The position numbers and the translations under genes were made by a program. This document shows, piece by piece, positions 1 to 12,838 of a stretch of 64,000 bases of DNA. The notes under the pieces were generated by a model. That model was not told the origin of the DNA and ran no database searches. It was given only the letters and a program-made list of their open reading frames with translations. Source of the DNA: Eledone cirrhosa (lineage: Eukaryota). Position 1 is the stretch's first letter; each line of letters opens with the position of its first letter. The DNA lies in the NCBI GenBank assembly GCA_964016885.1, contig OZ024740.1, forward strand, positions 47,926,001 through 47,990,000, read 5' to 3'.

Positions 1-218
1 AAGAGCTATACTTGTGCACGTGCGTAAGCATGTGTGTGTGTGTGTATGTGTTATTATACGTCCGTACGAAGCTAAGAAGAAATGTGTGTGTATATGTGAA
101 TAAAAGAGTGTGTGTGTATATATATATATGGTGTGTCTACGCTGCTAAGCCTGGAAAGACCACTAATCAAAGTAGTACTCGACGCATAATGGGATGCAGA
201 GATGGTGTATTTAGGAAG

Positions 219-299
219 AAAATATTCCTGACGTCACACAGACGCTCGTCTGTGTGACGTCACGAGCCGAAACCGCAGGAGCTCGCGGTCGAATATTTT
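219..299 (+). ncRNA. Type I hammerhead ribozyme remnant with a core deletion, in a small insert between (TA)n runs
   Basis: Stem I aaaatattc/gaatatttt; CTGA at 228; perfect 15-bp hairpin tgacgtcacacagac/gtctgtgtgacgtca; gagcc-GAAA-CCGC..GCGG-TC (GUC site). The NGA and the 5' strand of stem II are missing. Confidence 0.65.
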
Positions 300-1107
300 C
301 TTCATATATATAAAAAGTAAAGTCAGAGGGAGAGAGGGGAGAGAGAGGGATGTAGAGGTGGGAGCAGAAGGAGAGAGGGGGATATAGAGGTGGGGGGAGA
401 AGTGGGAGGAGAAGGAAAGAGAGGGGAGAGAGAGAGGGACAGAGAGGTGGGGGAGAAGGAGAGAGAGAGAGATGCACCAAATGATGTATATGATATATTA
501 ATCATTAACAGCAATTATATGCCCCTCTGACTGCGTTATCTGAAAACAAATTCCTGACTCAACATTTACTATCTTCATCAATTGATAAAGTTATAACGTC
601 ACATGCTGATAAGTCAGACTGGATGTATCAAGAACTGAAATAGTTTGAACACAGCGGTTTATCTAGTCGGTACTAGTTTGTAAAAGTTCCGGTACTAAAT
701 CAGCTGTATAATTGACTTGCTATGCTTGGCTTTAAGTTCGTATCGTGTCTTATAAACAGACATGAATGGCAATAAGGATACAAAACAAAAAAAAGAGAGA
801 GAAGATAGACAATAAAGAAGAAAAAAAAGAATTTAAGCAACGAAAGGGAAAATGGGGCGGAGTGAGAGTCTATACACCCCATTCTGAGCTGTACGTTTCA
901 GCTGCGCACCGCAGGTAAAATGGTGAAGCCATTACCTCGAAGAGTGGCCAGCGATACTCGTTGCAACAGCCACCCCACTTCATGGAGCCTCTTTTTCAGG
1001 TGGACTGCATTCCTCCAGACTTTACGGGTGAAAATAGTAGTTCGGGGACAGAGGACACATGAGGTCTTGATGGCGGCAAGTGCGAAAAGGTAGCAATTGG
1101 TCAAGTC

Positions 1108-2465
1108 ATGGAAGGAAGGGGTGATTACGTCGATTGAGGAAGGAAGGGGTGATTACGTCGACTGAGGAAGGGAGGAGTGATTATGTCGACTGAGGAAGGA
1201 AGGGTGATAATGTCGATTGAGGAAGGAAGGGGTGATTACGTCGACTGAGGAAGGGCGGAGTGATTACGTCGACTGAGGAAGGAAGGGGTGATAACGTCGA
1301 TTGAGGAAGGAAGGGGTGATAACGTCGATTGAGGAAGGAAGGGGTGATTACGTCGACTGAGGAAGGGAGGAGTGTTTATGTCGACTGAAAAAGGAAGGGG
1401 TAATTACGTCGACTGAGGAAGGAAGGGTGATAACGTCGATTGAGGAAGGAAGGGGTGATAACGTCGATTGAGGAAGGAAGGGGTGATCACGTCGACTGAG
1501 GAAGGGAGGGTGATTACGTCGACTGAGGAAGGAAGGGTGATAATGTCGATTGAGGAAGGAAGGGGTAATTACATCGACTGAGGAAGGAAGGGGTGATTAC
1601 GTCGACTGAGGAAGGAAGGGTGATTACGTCGACTGAGGAAGGAAGGGTGATTACGTCGACTGAGGAAGGAACGGGTGATTACGTCGACTGAGGAAGGAAG
1701 GGTGATTACGTCGACTGAGGAAGGAAGGGTGATTACGTCGACTGAAGAAGGGAGAGTGATTACGTCGACTGAGGAAGGAACGGGTGATTACGTCGACTGA
1801 GGAAGGAAGGGTGATTACGTCGACTGAGGAAGGAACGGGTGATTACGTCGACTGAGGAAGGAAGGGTGATTACGTCGACTGAGGAAGGAACGGGTGATTA
1901 CGTCGACTGAGGAAGGAAGGGTGATTACGTCGACTGAGGAAGGAACGGGTGATTACGTCGACTGAGGAAGGAAGGGTGATTACGTCGACTGAGGAAGGAA
2001 CGGGTGATTACGTCGACTGAGGAAGGAAGGGATGATAACGTCGACTGAGGAAGGGAGAGTGATTACGTCGACTGAGGAAGGAACGGGTGATTACGTCGAC
2101 TGAGGAAGGAAGGGATGATAACGTCGACTGAGGAAGGGAGAGTGATTACGTCGACTGAGGAAGGAAGGGGTGATTACGTCGACTGAAGAAGGGAGGGGTG
2201 ATTACGTCGACTGAGGAAGGAAGGGTGATTAAGCCGACTGAGGAAGGAAGGGTGATTACGTCGACTGAGGAAGGAACGGGTGATTACGTCGACTGAAGAA
2301 GGGAGGGGTGATTACGTCGACTGAGGAAGGAAGGGGTGATTACGTCGACTGAAGAAGGGAGGGGTGATTACGTCGACTGAGGAAGGAAGGGGTGATTACG
2401 TCGACTGAAGAAGGGAGGGGTGATTACGTCGACTGAGGAAGGAAGGGTGATTAAGCCGACTGAGA
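1108..2465. repeat. Minisatellite, ~28-29 bp unit (gaggaaggaaggg(g)tgattacgtcgact)
   Basis: Over 40 tandem near-identical units with variant subtypes; no unique spacers. Confidence 0.97.
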
Positions 2466-2808
2466 AAGGAATGGGTGTGCTTGTGTGTTTGTATCACTTG
2501 TGTGAGTGAGCGCAAAAGAACCAACTAGCCAACAAACAAACATCTTTTTTTTATATTATGTACAGATATTACAATTAGCCGTCATTTTTTGACGACACGG
2601 GGCCAGCTAGTAGATATATAATTTATGCAACAAAAAGAAAGAAAACAATACTTCATTGATAAAGTGGATTTTGTGTTTATTAGCAAACGGCCAGCTATTC
2701 ACCCCATCGTTACTCAGAGTTTCGCACACGTTCTACGTACTCTCCAATGTCAGTTTTTTTCCATACACATAAACCTTACATATTAAGGTTTATTAAGATG
2801 GAAATTCA

Positions 2809-3008
2809 GGGCGGTGGATTGGCAGTATCGGTAGAGAGTGGGACACCATCCTTTGCAGCACAGAGTTACGGTCTGAATTCAAATCCCGCCGTGATTAATT
2901 TTGCCTTTCATCTTTACGGGATCGATAAAATAAAGCACCAGTAACGTACTGGAGTCGAATTAATCGACCCCACCCCAAAATTACTGGCTATGTGCCTATA
3001 CTAGAAGT
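2809..3008 (+). mobile_element. tRNA-derived SINE with Nin/Deu-like central domain (octopus OR1-like)
   Basis: ggcggtggattggcagtatcggtagag head, ttcaaatccc B-box, gcctttcatc..gataaaataaag..ccag domain; many copies in the window. Confidence 0.85.
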
Positions 3009-3207
3009 CATGAGGATGGAAATGCAAAAAATTCCATTTTTTAATCTTTACGTTTTAATAGCATTTATATCTTTAACTGTTTTTCTATTATTTCAGATGG
3101 TATTGATTTTAAAGATTATTTTTACTTCACATACATCATCAATTGCAGACCTAGATTTTTGGAATCCTAAACTGTTAGGTGACCCCTTTTCGTAACCAAC
3201 AATTGAT

Positions 3208-3425
3208 TTCTAATTTAGGCACGAGGCCAGGAAATTTGGAGAAAGGGTAAAGTTGATTATATCAACCCCAGTACTAGCCTCGTAATTTATTTTATCGACC
3301 CCGGAAGGATGGAAGGCAAAGATGACCTTGGCAGAATTTTAACTCAGAATGTAAAGAGCCAGAACACATACCTCAATGGCATTTTATCCGACGTTCTAAC
3401 AATTCCACCAATGCACCATCCTTAC
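3208..3425 (-). mobile_element. Same Nin-type SINE, older copy
   Basis: Reverse-complement match to 2809-3008. Confidence 0.75.
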
Positions 3426-3959
3426 AACCAGCAACAATTAAAAATAACATTAGATCTGGAGCTTCATTAATTTAATAGTAGATGCGCCACTGTGCATCAT
3501 CAGTATTTATTATCTTTTAAAGACTAAAGGGATATGTCATACAGAGCAGGTGTAAACACTGTTTATATATATCTATGGTAAAATTAATGCGAAATATTTC
3601 CTTCGAGTGAGATCATTCACAACATTTCTCTGCTTTGTTGTCTGGAATTTATAGAAGATGATTTTGCATTGTAATGAAATTTAGGCAAATTTACAAAGTA
3701 GTTTGCAGCATCTTGAAATATCACAAAGATAACAGTTGATGGAAATATAGCAGAACGCATATTTGTTAGGAATAAAATACAAGCGAAAAGAAAAAATATA
3801 TAAATCCGTATATTGTGGCAAGAGGAGAAAAATTTGTGGAAAAATGAAGTGCGTGAGAACAAGTTTAAATGTAAAACATAGTCTAAAAGGTTTGATGTTT
3901 TCGAAGAGATGTTAAATGCGAAAATTAAAACATCATTTCACCGTAAAACATTATTCTCT

Positions 3960-4470
3960 CCAAAAATACTCCAACTACTTACAAACGAGGAAAACCATAT
4001 CTGAGGTAAATAAGTTTTTGTAAGTAGTGCTAAATTTAACTCAATCGCAGTCATATAGGAGAGTTGTTATATCTATGTGATATCCTTCTTATGAATGCAT
4101 TTATACAAGAGAGAACCATATCACTGTGATATATGTGGTAAACTATTCTCTCAAATTTATCAATTAACTATATATAAACGCGAAGCTTATTCATTATTAT
4201 ATCTATGGTAAAGGCGGTGGATTGGCAGTATCGGTGGAGCGTCGGACACCATGCTTTGCAGCATAGAGTTACGTCTCTTTACGTTCTGATTTCAAGTCCC
4301 ACCAAGTTTAGCTTTGCCTTTCATCCTAACGGCGTCGATAAAAAAAGTACCTGTAACGTACTGGATTGATTTAATCGACTCCCCTCCACCCCACCTTCAA
4401 ATTGTTGGCCTTGTGTATAACAATTATTATATCTGTGGTAAAGCCTTCCATGTAACTAGTGGCATAATTA
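3960..4470 (+). pseudogene. Degenerate C2H2 zinc-finger array, interrupted by a SINE
   Basis: agagaaccatatcactgtgatatatgtggtaaactattctctcaa = REPYHCDICGKLFSQ; further broken fingers (..YICGKAFH) after the SINE; stops and frameshifts. Confidence 0.7.
4212..4423 (+). mobile_element. Nin-type SINE with ~20-bp target site duplication (TSD)
   Basis: Full head-to-tail copy flanked by attattatatct(a/g)tggtaaa. Confidence 0.88.
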
Positions 4471-4897
4471 AGTTATGTGCACGCGCGTGTGTGTAATCCT
4501 TCATGTGAGAGTGAGGAAGAAAGAGAAAATAGTGTTGTTGCTTTGTTTAAAGATAAGACCATCACTATTTTCCTCGAATTCTGGATTTTACCACATGTTT
4601 ATCCAAGATTTATTTCGAATGAATTCAAACGTACCGAGATAGATTGTCTCCCTTCTCCCCCTCTCTCTCTCTCTCTCTCTCTCGATTTCCTATTTCTCTT
4701 TATTTTACTTGCTTTCTTCTTATCAATATTTTCTACATCTCTCTCTATCTTTTTTTTTAACTTGAACATTTTTGTGATTCTCGTCCTCTCATCTATGTCT
4801 TTTACTCTTTATTTTCATACTTTTCTCTGTCTTCTTCTCTCTCTCTCCAGCTTCCTCGAGTTCTCACACACTCTTGCTTTCTCTATTTGTCTCTCCT

Positions 4898-4941
<44 letters not shown>

Positions 4942-5361
4942 TTTCTGAATAACTCTCTCTATATCTCTCGAGTTATTTCTACCTTCCACTTGTATATTCG
5001 TTCTTTTATCATTTACTCACACCCCCACTATACATACACACACAATCTTCCTCACTTTACCCACCTCACTCTCTATCTGTATATATTTATCTCTTCCTTT
5101 CACTGTGTATATCTGGCCCCTTCTATCTTCCTGCTCGCCATTTCGACCCCCAGCCAACCCCCAACCCATCTATCTCCCTTCCTCTCTCTTGATCTTGATT
5201 TAAAAAATAAATAAAGATATTGGAAATAGAGAAACACCCATTCAACTGTATTACCTTATCTATTTGCACTGTTACCCAGTGGAGGAAACCAGAGCATCAT
5301 ACTTCACACATAACTTACACAACACCAACAACACACTCATTCATACACATACACATACACA

Positions 5362-5399
<38 letters not shown>

Positions 5400-6291
5400 A
5401 GAGAGAGAGAGAGATAAATAGATACAAACATGCTTATATACATGCATATTTCACACATGTGCACATACACATACAACACACACACACACACACACACACA
5501 CGTGTATGTGTGTATATATATATATATATAACATTTTTTCAACATTTGCCAGCACCCTAGTATTACACCCAACCCGACTGTCAGTCGTTTTTAGTGCCAT
5601 GCATTTACGTCACAACTCTATCTGCGTATTTGTATGTCGATGTGTATATATGTCTCTTCTGTACTTAAATGAGATTCTATCGAAAGAACAAGAATCTCTC
5701 TCTAACTAAGAAACAAGACTCTTTTATTGGCGCCTTGACAATAATAACTTCAGCTAAATCTGAAGCTTCTAAAAATTTTGCATATACGAACGCTATCTCT
5801 AATCGATTGAATTTCGAGAATACGAATCAACTATTTTTTTATCTTCTTCTAAGAACTTTAGCTTTTCAAGGTTAATATGCCTAAGCATTCGATACCAAGA
5901 TCAAATGCAATATTGATCGATTATATATTTGAATTTACGCCTACGATTGTCGTAAAGTAATTAGTTTCTGTATTAGCTGACCACAAACAAGACAAAAATA
6001 TTCCCCCTTTTTATTGACTGTTAATGGATAATAGGGAAACCACTATAGAGAGGAAATTATGTTTGTTGTCCGCCTCTGGTCTCTTAATCTTGTATTTCAA
6101 AGAAGCTTGAATCAAACGTTCTATTAATATTTCTATCCATTAGAAGCGTAAATGATTCCAAGTTCATTGGTAACTTATATACAGTTATCGACACCACATT
6201 TGTGGATGCTTCTATCAATAATATACTTCATACAAATGTTAGTTTTGGATAAAAGTCAAAAACATATACTATAACTTCCAGTGCCTTTAAA

Positions 6292-6925
6292 CCTGTGATT
6301 GGCAATCTACTGGCTGGCTACATTCTGCCCGCTGGTCACACCATAACCACAGGTCAAATCTTATTGATAGTTTGATTTCAACCGGCCTACGGATTTCATT
6401 AAATACGTGATGTTGCATAAAAAATTTCTTTGATTTTCTTGTCAGTTTTTAATTAGTGAACAATCAAATAGATTCATTTTGGCAGTGGCCTCAAATGAAT
6501 CAATGTTTTATTCTATTATATGGAGAAAAAAATGTGTGATCATTTCACTTCCTAAAAAGTGAAAGCTTGCCAAGGTGCGAGTTTTTAAACAGTAAATGTT
6601 TTCATTTTCTTAAATGAATGGAACAACAAGGAAACTAACAGCGACTCACATGTTCATAGACATTATTATATGTTGAATATATAAGCTAGCTGGCATTAAG
6701 AAACGCCTGCTCTTTATGTTATTCTTCATATCACTGATGAAAAACATTTATTTTAATCTACGTTAAACGCATCTAAGGAAAAAACATTAAAATAATTAAA
6801 AAATATAGACAAAGCAAGCTGTTTCTATAATCTTGAATCATGGTTTCATTTTTTTATTCGCCTCGGCCCGCAAGACATAAAAACATTTCTAATTCAGCTC
6901 ACCTCCAAAATATTTCCTGACCCCT
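6292..6925. mobile_element. Probable decayed non-autonomous hAT-type DNA element
   Basis: Right end ...tttcctgacccctg (reverse complement caggggtcaggaaa); degenerate left end cctgtgattggcaa; subterminal (g)gcccgc motifs. Confidence 0.4.
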
Positions 6926-6927
6926 GC

Positions 6928-7170
6928 TCTACGTGCTTATTCGACATGCTAAAAATAACAGCGAAGTTCTTCTCAATGTATACTCGAACATCTTCGAAAG
7001 AAAAGAGGAAAGGCACATTGGATAATATAGTCCTAGTTATCCCCCCAAAAGACGCGTCACGGCTGGATTACATGCGTCTTTTGATTACATGCTTGCTCTC
7101 TCAGGGTTGACTTGAGGCTAAAAACAAACATAAAAACTCTACGTGGTCGCTTGGTGCCTTAGAAATATGA
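6928..7170 (+). repeat. Old interspersed repeat of unknown class (other copies ~49075-49330 and ~58836-59030)
   Basis: Shared tgctagaaatagcagc..cattggataat..gacttgaggctaaacaac-like motifs; the start is partly repeated at the end. Confidence 0.5.
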
Positions 7171-7296
7171 GAGAGAGAGAGAGCTATTTTTTGTTGTACA
7201 AGAGAAGTGAGGATTTAGCAATTACGGCACAGGACAGCAACAATATTTTCTTTACTCGTCAGTCGCCAAACTGGAACAGACGCCTGTAATTTCGTG

Positions 7297-9030
7297 AACA
7301 TACATACAGGCTGCCAACTCGTTTTCGAGTACGGTCACTACTTTATATCCATGTAGGAGAATACCTACCGATGCGTTGAACAAGTGACTTTTTAGTCCAG
7401 CCAGCGACTTGAAAACTCTGATACAAACACTACACTTGTGACAATTATTGACACATAGTGCTGGGCCCATGGTACCATGTGACGACAAGTGCAGAGAGAT
7501 CTCCAGATACAAAGCAATGCCTGTGCCCTGAAGCTTTTATAGTGAGCAAAGGCACTGCACAAAGCCAGTCCCACTCTCTTAACCAAGACGATATTTACCA
7601 AAAAGAAGAACAAGTCAACATCATTGGATACCATCAGAGTTGCAGGTGTTATATCAGAGTTTTCCTTCTCCTAGAATTCTGCCTTGACAAAGGCTAAGGG
7701 GTCATCTCTCCCGGTGATTTTGGATGGCCATTGACTCTTAAGAGCTCCTTTGCCCTTTAACAGGTTTTGTTTTTAGTCCTGCAGGATGTCCAAAGTCACC
7801 CTCCTCACCAAGAAACCTTGGTGGGGTTGCCAGTTTAGTCGCCAACGACCCGACCATGAGACAGGTTATACTGGGATACATGTTACCAGTAGCACCAACT
7901 GGTGACCTGACATACATACATACATACATACATACATACATACATACATAATGGCTGCCCCCTCGTTATCGAGTATGGCCATGGCATGATATACCATTAT
8001 TAATAATTATTTATTAATTCTATCGTGCAATGCCTGTGCGTGAAGATATTTTTTAAAGTGAGGAAAGGCTGTGCACTGAACCAATCCCACTCTCTGAGAG
8101 ACAGTAGCTATAACCCGAAAAGAAGAAAAGATCAACATCATCGGTAACTACTGAGTCGCAGGTTTTATATCGGAGTTATCCCAGTTTCCTGAGTTGCCTT
8201 CTCCTAGAAGAATGCCTTGACAAAGGCTAGGGGTCCTTCACTCCCGGTGGTTTAACCGCGCGTTACATGTGTATATTTACACACTTTCGGATGGCCGTTG
8301 ACTCTTATGAGTTCTTCCGCCCTTTGTCAAGTTTTGTTTTTTGTCCTGCTGGGTGTCCAAAATCACCCTCCTCACTAAGTAAACTTGGTGGGGTTGCCGG
8401 TTTAGTCGCCGACGACCCGACCATGCGACAGGTTGTACTAGGTTACATGTTACCAGTAGCACTCAAGAGTGACCCGACATACATACATACATACATGGTG
8501 GCTGCCAACTCGTTTTCGAGTACGGCCACTATTTTATATCCATGTAGGAGAACCCCTACCGATGCGCTGAACGAGTGTGACTTTTTAGTCCAGCCAGCGA
8601 CTTGAAAACTCTGGTACAAACACTACACTTGTGACAATTATTGACACATAGTGCTGGGCCCATGGTACCATATGACGACAAGTGCAGAGAGATCTCCAGA
8701 TATAAAGCAATGCCTGTGTTGTGAAGCTTTTATAGTGAGCAAATGCACTGCACAAAGCCAGTCCCACTCTCTTAACCAAGATGATATTTACCAAAAAGAA
8801 GAACAAGTCAACATCATTGGATACCATCAGGGTTGCAGGTGTTATATCAGAGTTTTCCTTCTCCTAGAATTTAACAGGTTTTGTTTTTAGTCCTGCAGGA
8901 TGTCCAAAGTCACCCTCCTCACCAAGAAACCTTGGTGGAGTTGCCAGTTTAGTCGTCAACGACCCGACCATGGGACAGGTTGTACTGGGATACATGTTAC
9001 CAGTAGCACCAACTGGTGACCTGACCATAC
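7297..9030 (-). mobile_element. Three head-to-tail bipartite non-autonomous RTE-derived elements with (ATGT)n tails
   Basis: Units ~9030-8477, ~8476-7910, ~7909-7297. RTE 5'UTR-like ctaggagaaggaaaactctgat is joined to a C-terminal C2H2 remnant (CSVCIRVFKSLAGLKSHL) and a 3' end gccatactcgataacgaggggcagcc+(ATGT)n. Confidence 0.7.
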
Positions 9031-9210
9031 ATACATACATACATACATACATACATACATACATACATACATACATACATACATACATACATACATACAT
9101 ACATACATACATACATGCATACATACATATTTAGCAGAATACTGGGTTGAATGTATATATATATTGTGAAGGAGCTGCGTGTTTGAATACTCCTGTGTCG
9201 AAAGTCACCA

Positions 9211-9731
9211 GTTTTAACAGGGTGGTTTTAAGAGTAGATGTATCACCACGAAGAATTGAGGTTAGGCTGCAGCTGTGATAATACTCCTGGAAGGAATCCT
9301 TCCATATCACATTTAAAGGCATTGCTTGGTAACAGTTTGGTAGTAAGATGTTAGGAATATCAACAACGACTTTGCTTGTTTTACATTACTTATTAATAAG
9401 GTTGAGCTGAGTGGAGCTGAGTAGCTGGCATGCCAACAGAGATAAAAAACGCGAATTAAGAATTCAGGAGGCACGGTCTACTGGCTGAAGTGTGGTCAGG
9501 CCATGGTTAAGTTGTTGTGTTACATGTTGGCTAGTCATTTCACGGCGAAAGAAAGTTAGGTGTTTACCTTTTCGAAGTCAGCGTGCAAAAGAGGGATTTC
9601 TCAAATCCACGCGGGAATTTTTCCCTCAGGGCGCGTAGGGATACATTCTCTTCTACTGGCGCTAATTGGCTGAGCTGAGCTAAATCACGCACAGAGAATG
9701 TATGTGAGCCCGCGGAATGTAGGTCACTACA
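9211..9731 (-). mobile_element. LTR of a Gypsy-like family followed by a PBS remnant
   Basis: Starts TGTAGTGACC on minus; ~110 bp nearly identical to the LTR ends at 22028 and 24255; followed by tggtgactttcgac. Confidence 0.75.
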
Positions 9732-9740
9732 CATACATAT

Positions 9741-11420
9741 ATGACTGTAAAGCGGGGAAAACCCCTATCTAGCAACATTGTCATCAATGGCCTAACTCTT
9801 TCACCGATATCTGATGAGGACTGCTACAGATACCTGGGGATAGATGAGAACATATCCTCTAATGGTATCTGTAATAAGGAACGCGTAACCAGGGAATACT
9901 ACACCCGATTAAGAAAGATTTGATCATCGGAACTCTCTGCGCAAAACAAAACAGTGGCTCACAATGTTTTTACTGTGCCTGTCCTAACACCAACGTTTGG
10001 AATACTCAATTGAACGATAGACGAAATCCGAGCAGTTGATGTTAGAACTCGAAAAATACTGAAGAACACCGGAAACTTCCACATCAACAGTGACATAGAC
10101 CGCCTTTACTTGAAACGTAAGCAGGGAAGCAGAGACCTAACATCAGTCCAGACAGCATTTGAATGTCGCATCATATCCCTCCGACAACATCTACGAACCT
10201 CGAAGCGTAAGAGCCCGTCTCTCGAGCAAGTCTGTCTGCATGAAACAGATAAGATCATGAGAGTTGGGAAGGAACTCCTCGAGAGATATTCCCTGTGTGA
10301 TAATCAAAAACTCACACACAGGGAAGTCGCTCAGCAGTATCGCAGTGAATCCATGGATGAAAAACTACATGCATATCAGCAAAAAATCATGCATGGATAT
10401 GTTGCCAGGAAGCTCCAGAGTGAGAGTAATATAGATAAGGAAAGTAGTCTATCTTGGACCAACAACCGCTATATTGGCTCCCACTTTGAAGGATACGCTT
10501 TTGCAATCCAAGAACAGGAAATTAACACGAAATACCTGATTCACTAAAGAAATAGGGATGCAGGCAAAACACCTAGATGTGATAACAAGTGCAGGCTCTA
10601 CAGAATTAACATCGAAGATGTCACCCATGTCATCAGTAGCTGTCCAAAGATGTTATCGCGGTACTATCTGCCTATGAGGCATGATGTAGTGGCCAAAACA
10701 CTGTACAATGCAATCCGTAGAAAAGATAGCGCCGATGATAAACACATTAAAAGCTACAACAATGTGGAAGACATCCATGTACATAATATGAAAGAGTACT
10801 GGTGGAATGTTCCAGTAAAAACCCCAATAAAATGCAGGCATAACAGACCAGATATTATGATATGGGACAGGGAGAAGAAAACATGCACAGTAGTGGAAAT
10901 TAGCTGCCCAGCAGATGCCAATATAATATCAAAGATTAGTGAAAAGGAGAATATTTATGCAGAACTGATGAGAAATCTGCAGATACTCCACCCTGATTAC
11001 ACCTTCAGATTTATGCCTGTGATTATTGGGGCACTGGGATATGTTAGTAACTGCCTCAATACAAATCTTGAGAAGCTAGGCTTCACAGGAACAGAAAGAA
11101 TACAACTAGTTAGGAAATTACAAGTACAATCCATTAATGGAACAGTAAAAATATGTAAAACATTACAAAAATTTTGCATCTAATAACTGCATATACACAT
11201 GTACAGATACAAAGCATATACACATGCACACATACAACTCAAAACATCCACATCCACACATACAATAACATCCATATCTACACATGCATGCATGCAGACA
11301 TACATACATATCTACCTAGTTGATGTGTAAATTCCAATGAGAGAGTCTTGTGTCTATGTTAGAAACCAACTCTCTCTCTATTGGTAAAACTTTGTGAAAT
11401 TATAAAACGAGAAGAACATA
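9741..11420 (+). mobile_element. 5'-truncated R4/Dong-clade LINE (RT C-terminus, zinc knuckle, restriction-like endonuclease), pseudogenised
   Basis: YRYLGI; CRLY..EDVTHVISSC knuckle; RHDVV; RPDIMIWD..VVEISCP..K (PD-(D/E)xK); in-frame stops; (CATA)n at the 3' end. Confidence 0.9.
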
Positions 11421-11454
11421 CATGCATACATACATACATACATACATACATACA

Positions 11455-11488
<34 letters not shown>

Positions 11489-11841
11489 CATACGAAGAGA
11501 GAGCTTAAAAGAAAGTTGAACACACCTTCAACACTTAATTTTAAATTTTTTATTTTTTATTTTTTATTTTTTTATTCTTTTTAATTATAATATTCAACAT
11601 TTGATAAGATGGATTATACCGATACATCGAAACCGGTTATATTTTATATATTTTATATACATTATAAAACTTCTTTTTTTAAAAAAAATTCTTCTTCTCA
11701 TTTTTTCAATACTGTCACTATGACGGATCAAAGAAGAAAAAAAGAAAAACAGATCCTTTAAATATATTTTCCGTGCTATTTCCATTTCCACTTTTTCTCT
11801 GTATCCTCTGTTTTGTATAGGACCTTACTTCCTTCTCAAAT

Positions 11842-11874
<33 letters not shown>

Positions 11875-11929
11875 GAGAGAGAGAGAGGGAGAGAAAAATG
11901 GAGTGCGTCCAATTGACCTCAAGTCGTCG

Positions 11930-12004
<75 letters not shown>

Positions 12005-12032
12005 TGAGAAACAGACCCTCCATCTCAACTCT

Positions 12033-12070
12033 ACTTTTGAAAAGCAGAAGAACTGCGAAACCGGTAAAGG
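12033..12070 (+). ncRNA. Degenerate minimal hammerhead
   Basis: actt-TTGAAAA(mutated core)-gcag/ctgc stem II-GAAA-CCGG-TA-aagg. A similar decayed motif lies at ~11598-11640. Confidence 0.5.
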
Positions 12071-12207
12071 AACCAAATAAATATATATATTTTTTTTAAA
12101 ACAAGACTCCAGTTGCATTTTCGATTTCATCTTTTTTTCTTTATACTTTCACTCGTGTAGGACACCTCGGTTATTTTTCATTTTGTAAAATAAAACCTCA
12201 CTTTCTA

Positions 12208-12289
<82 letters not shown>

Positions 12290-12303
12290 TTAATATAGAT
12301 GAG

Positions 12304-12346
12304 ATTCTACAGGACTAGAACTGTTTCATTCATTAGAAATCATCAG

Positions 12347-12350
<4 letters not shown>
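12304..12350 (-). ncRNA. Type I hammerhead ribozyme in a ~65-bp insert between (TA)n tracts
   Basis: Minus strand: attc-CTGATGA-t-ttc taat gaa-t-GAAA-CAG ttctagtc CTG-TA-gaat. Confidence 0.8.
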
Positions 12351-12408
<58 letters not shown>

Positions 12409-12838
12409 CGACGACTTGAGGTCGATTGGACGTACTCCATTTTTCTCTTTCTCTCTGACCTATCTCAACACAAACGTTATACCAACGAAGATATTTATTT
12501 CTCCTTTGCAATGAGCCACCTATTCTTCGCAGTAATGTCAGGTAAATCGTTGAAACTTCAGGTGGTCTGAAATCTGATGAGCATATTTTAATGTCTGTGA
12601 TCTCTCCTCATCTATTCTATTTCTTCCTTCCTTTCAATTCTTCGAGTAAACTCACATCGAGCCGCTTATTTCTGTCCTTCGAGGTAATGTTTTACCGAAC
12701 GCTGCTTCGACGGCATTTTGCTGTTTTAACAGCTTCCTTACGCCGAGGTTTTCCATTTTCCTACGAATTCTAATACACACGCGTTTCAAAACTCGACATT
12801 CGAGTTAATTTTGTTTATATATATATATATATATATAT

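Noticed and set aside
1108-2465. CRISPR-like array
   Set aside because: Contiguous units with no unique spacers, no cas genes, eukaryotic context.
4477-5214. 245-aa hydrophobic ORF
   Set aside because: Made of CT-rich and TA low-complexity sequence; no domain recognised.
8380-8476. HDV-like ribozyme at the 5' end of the RTE-derived units
   Set aside because: P2/P3/P4-like pieces are present, but I could not place the P1 3' strand.
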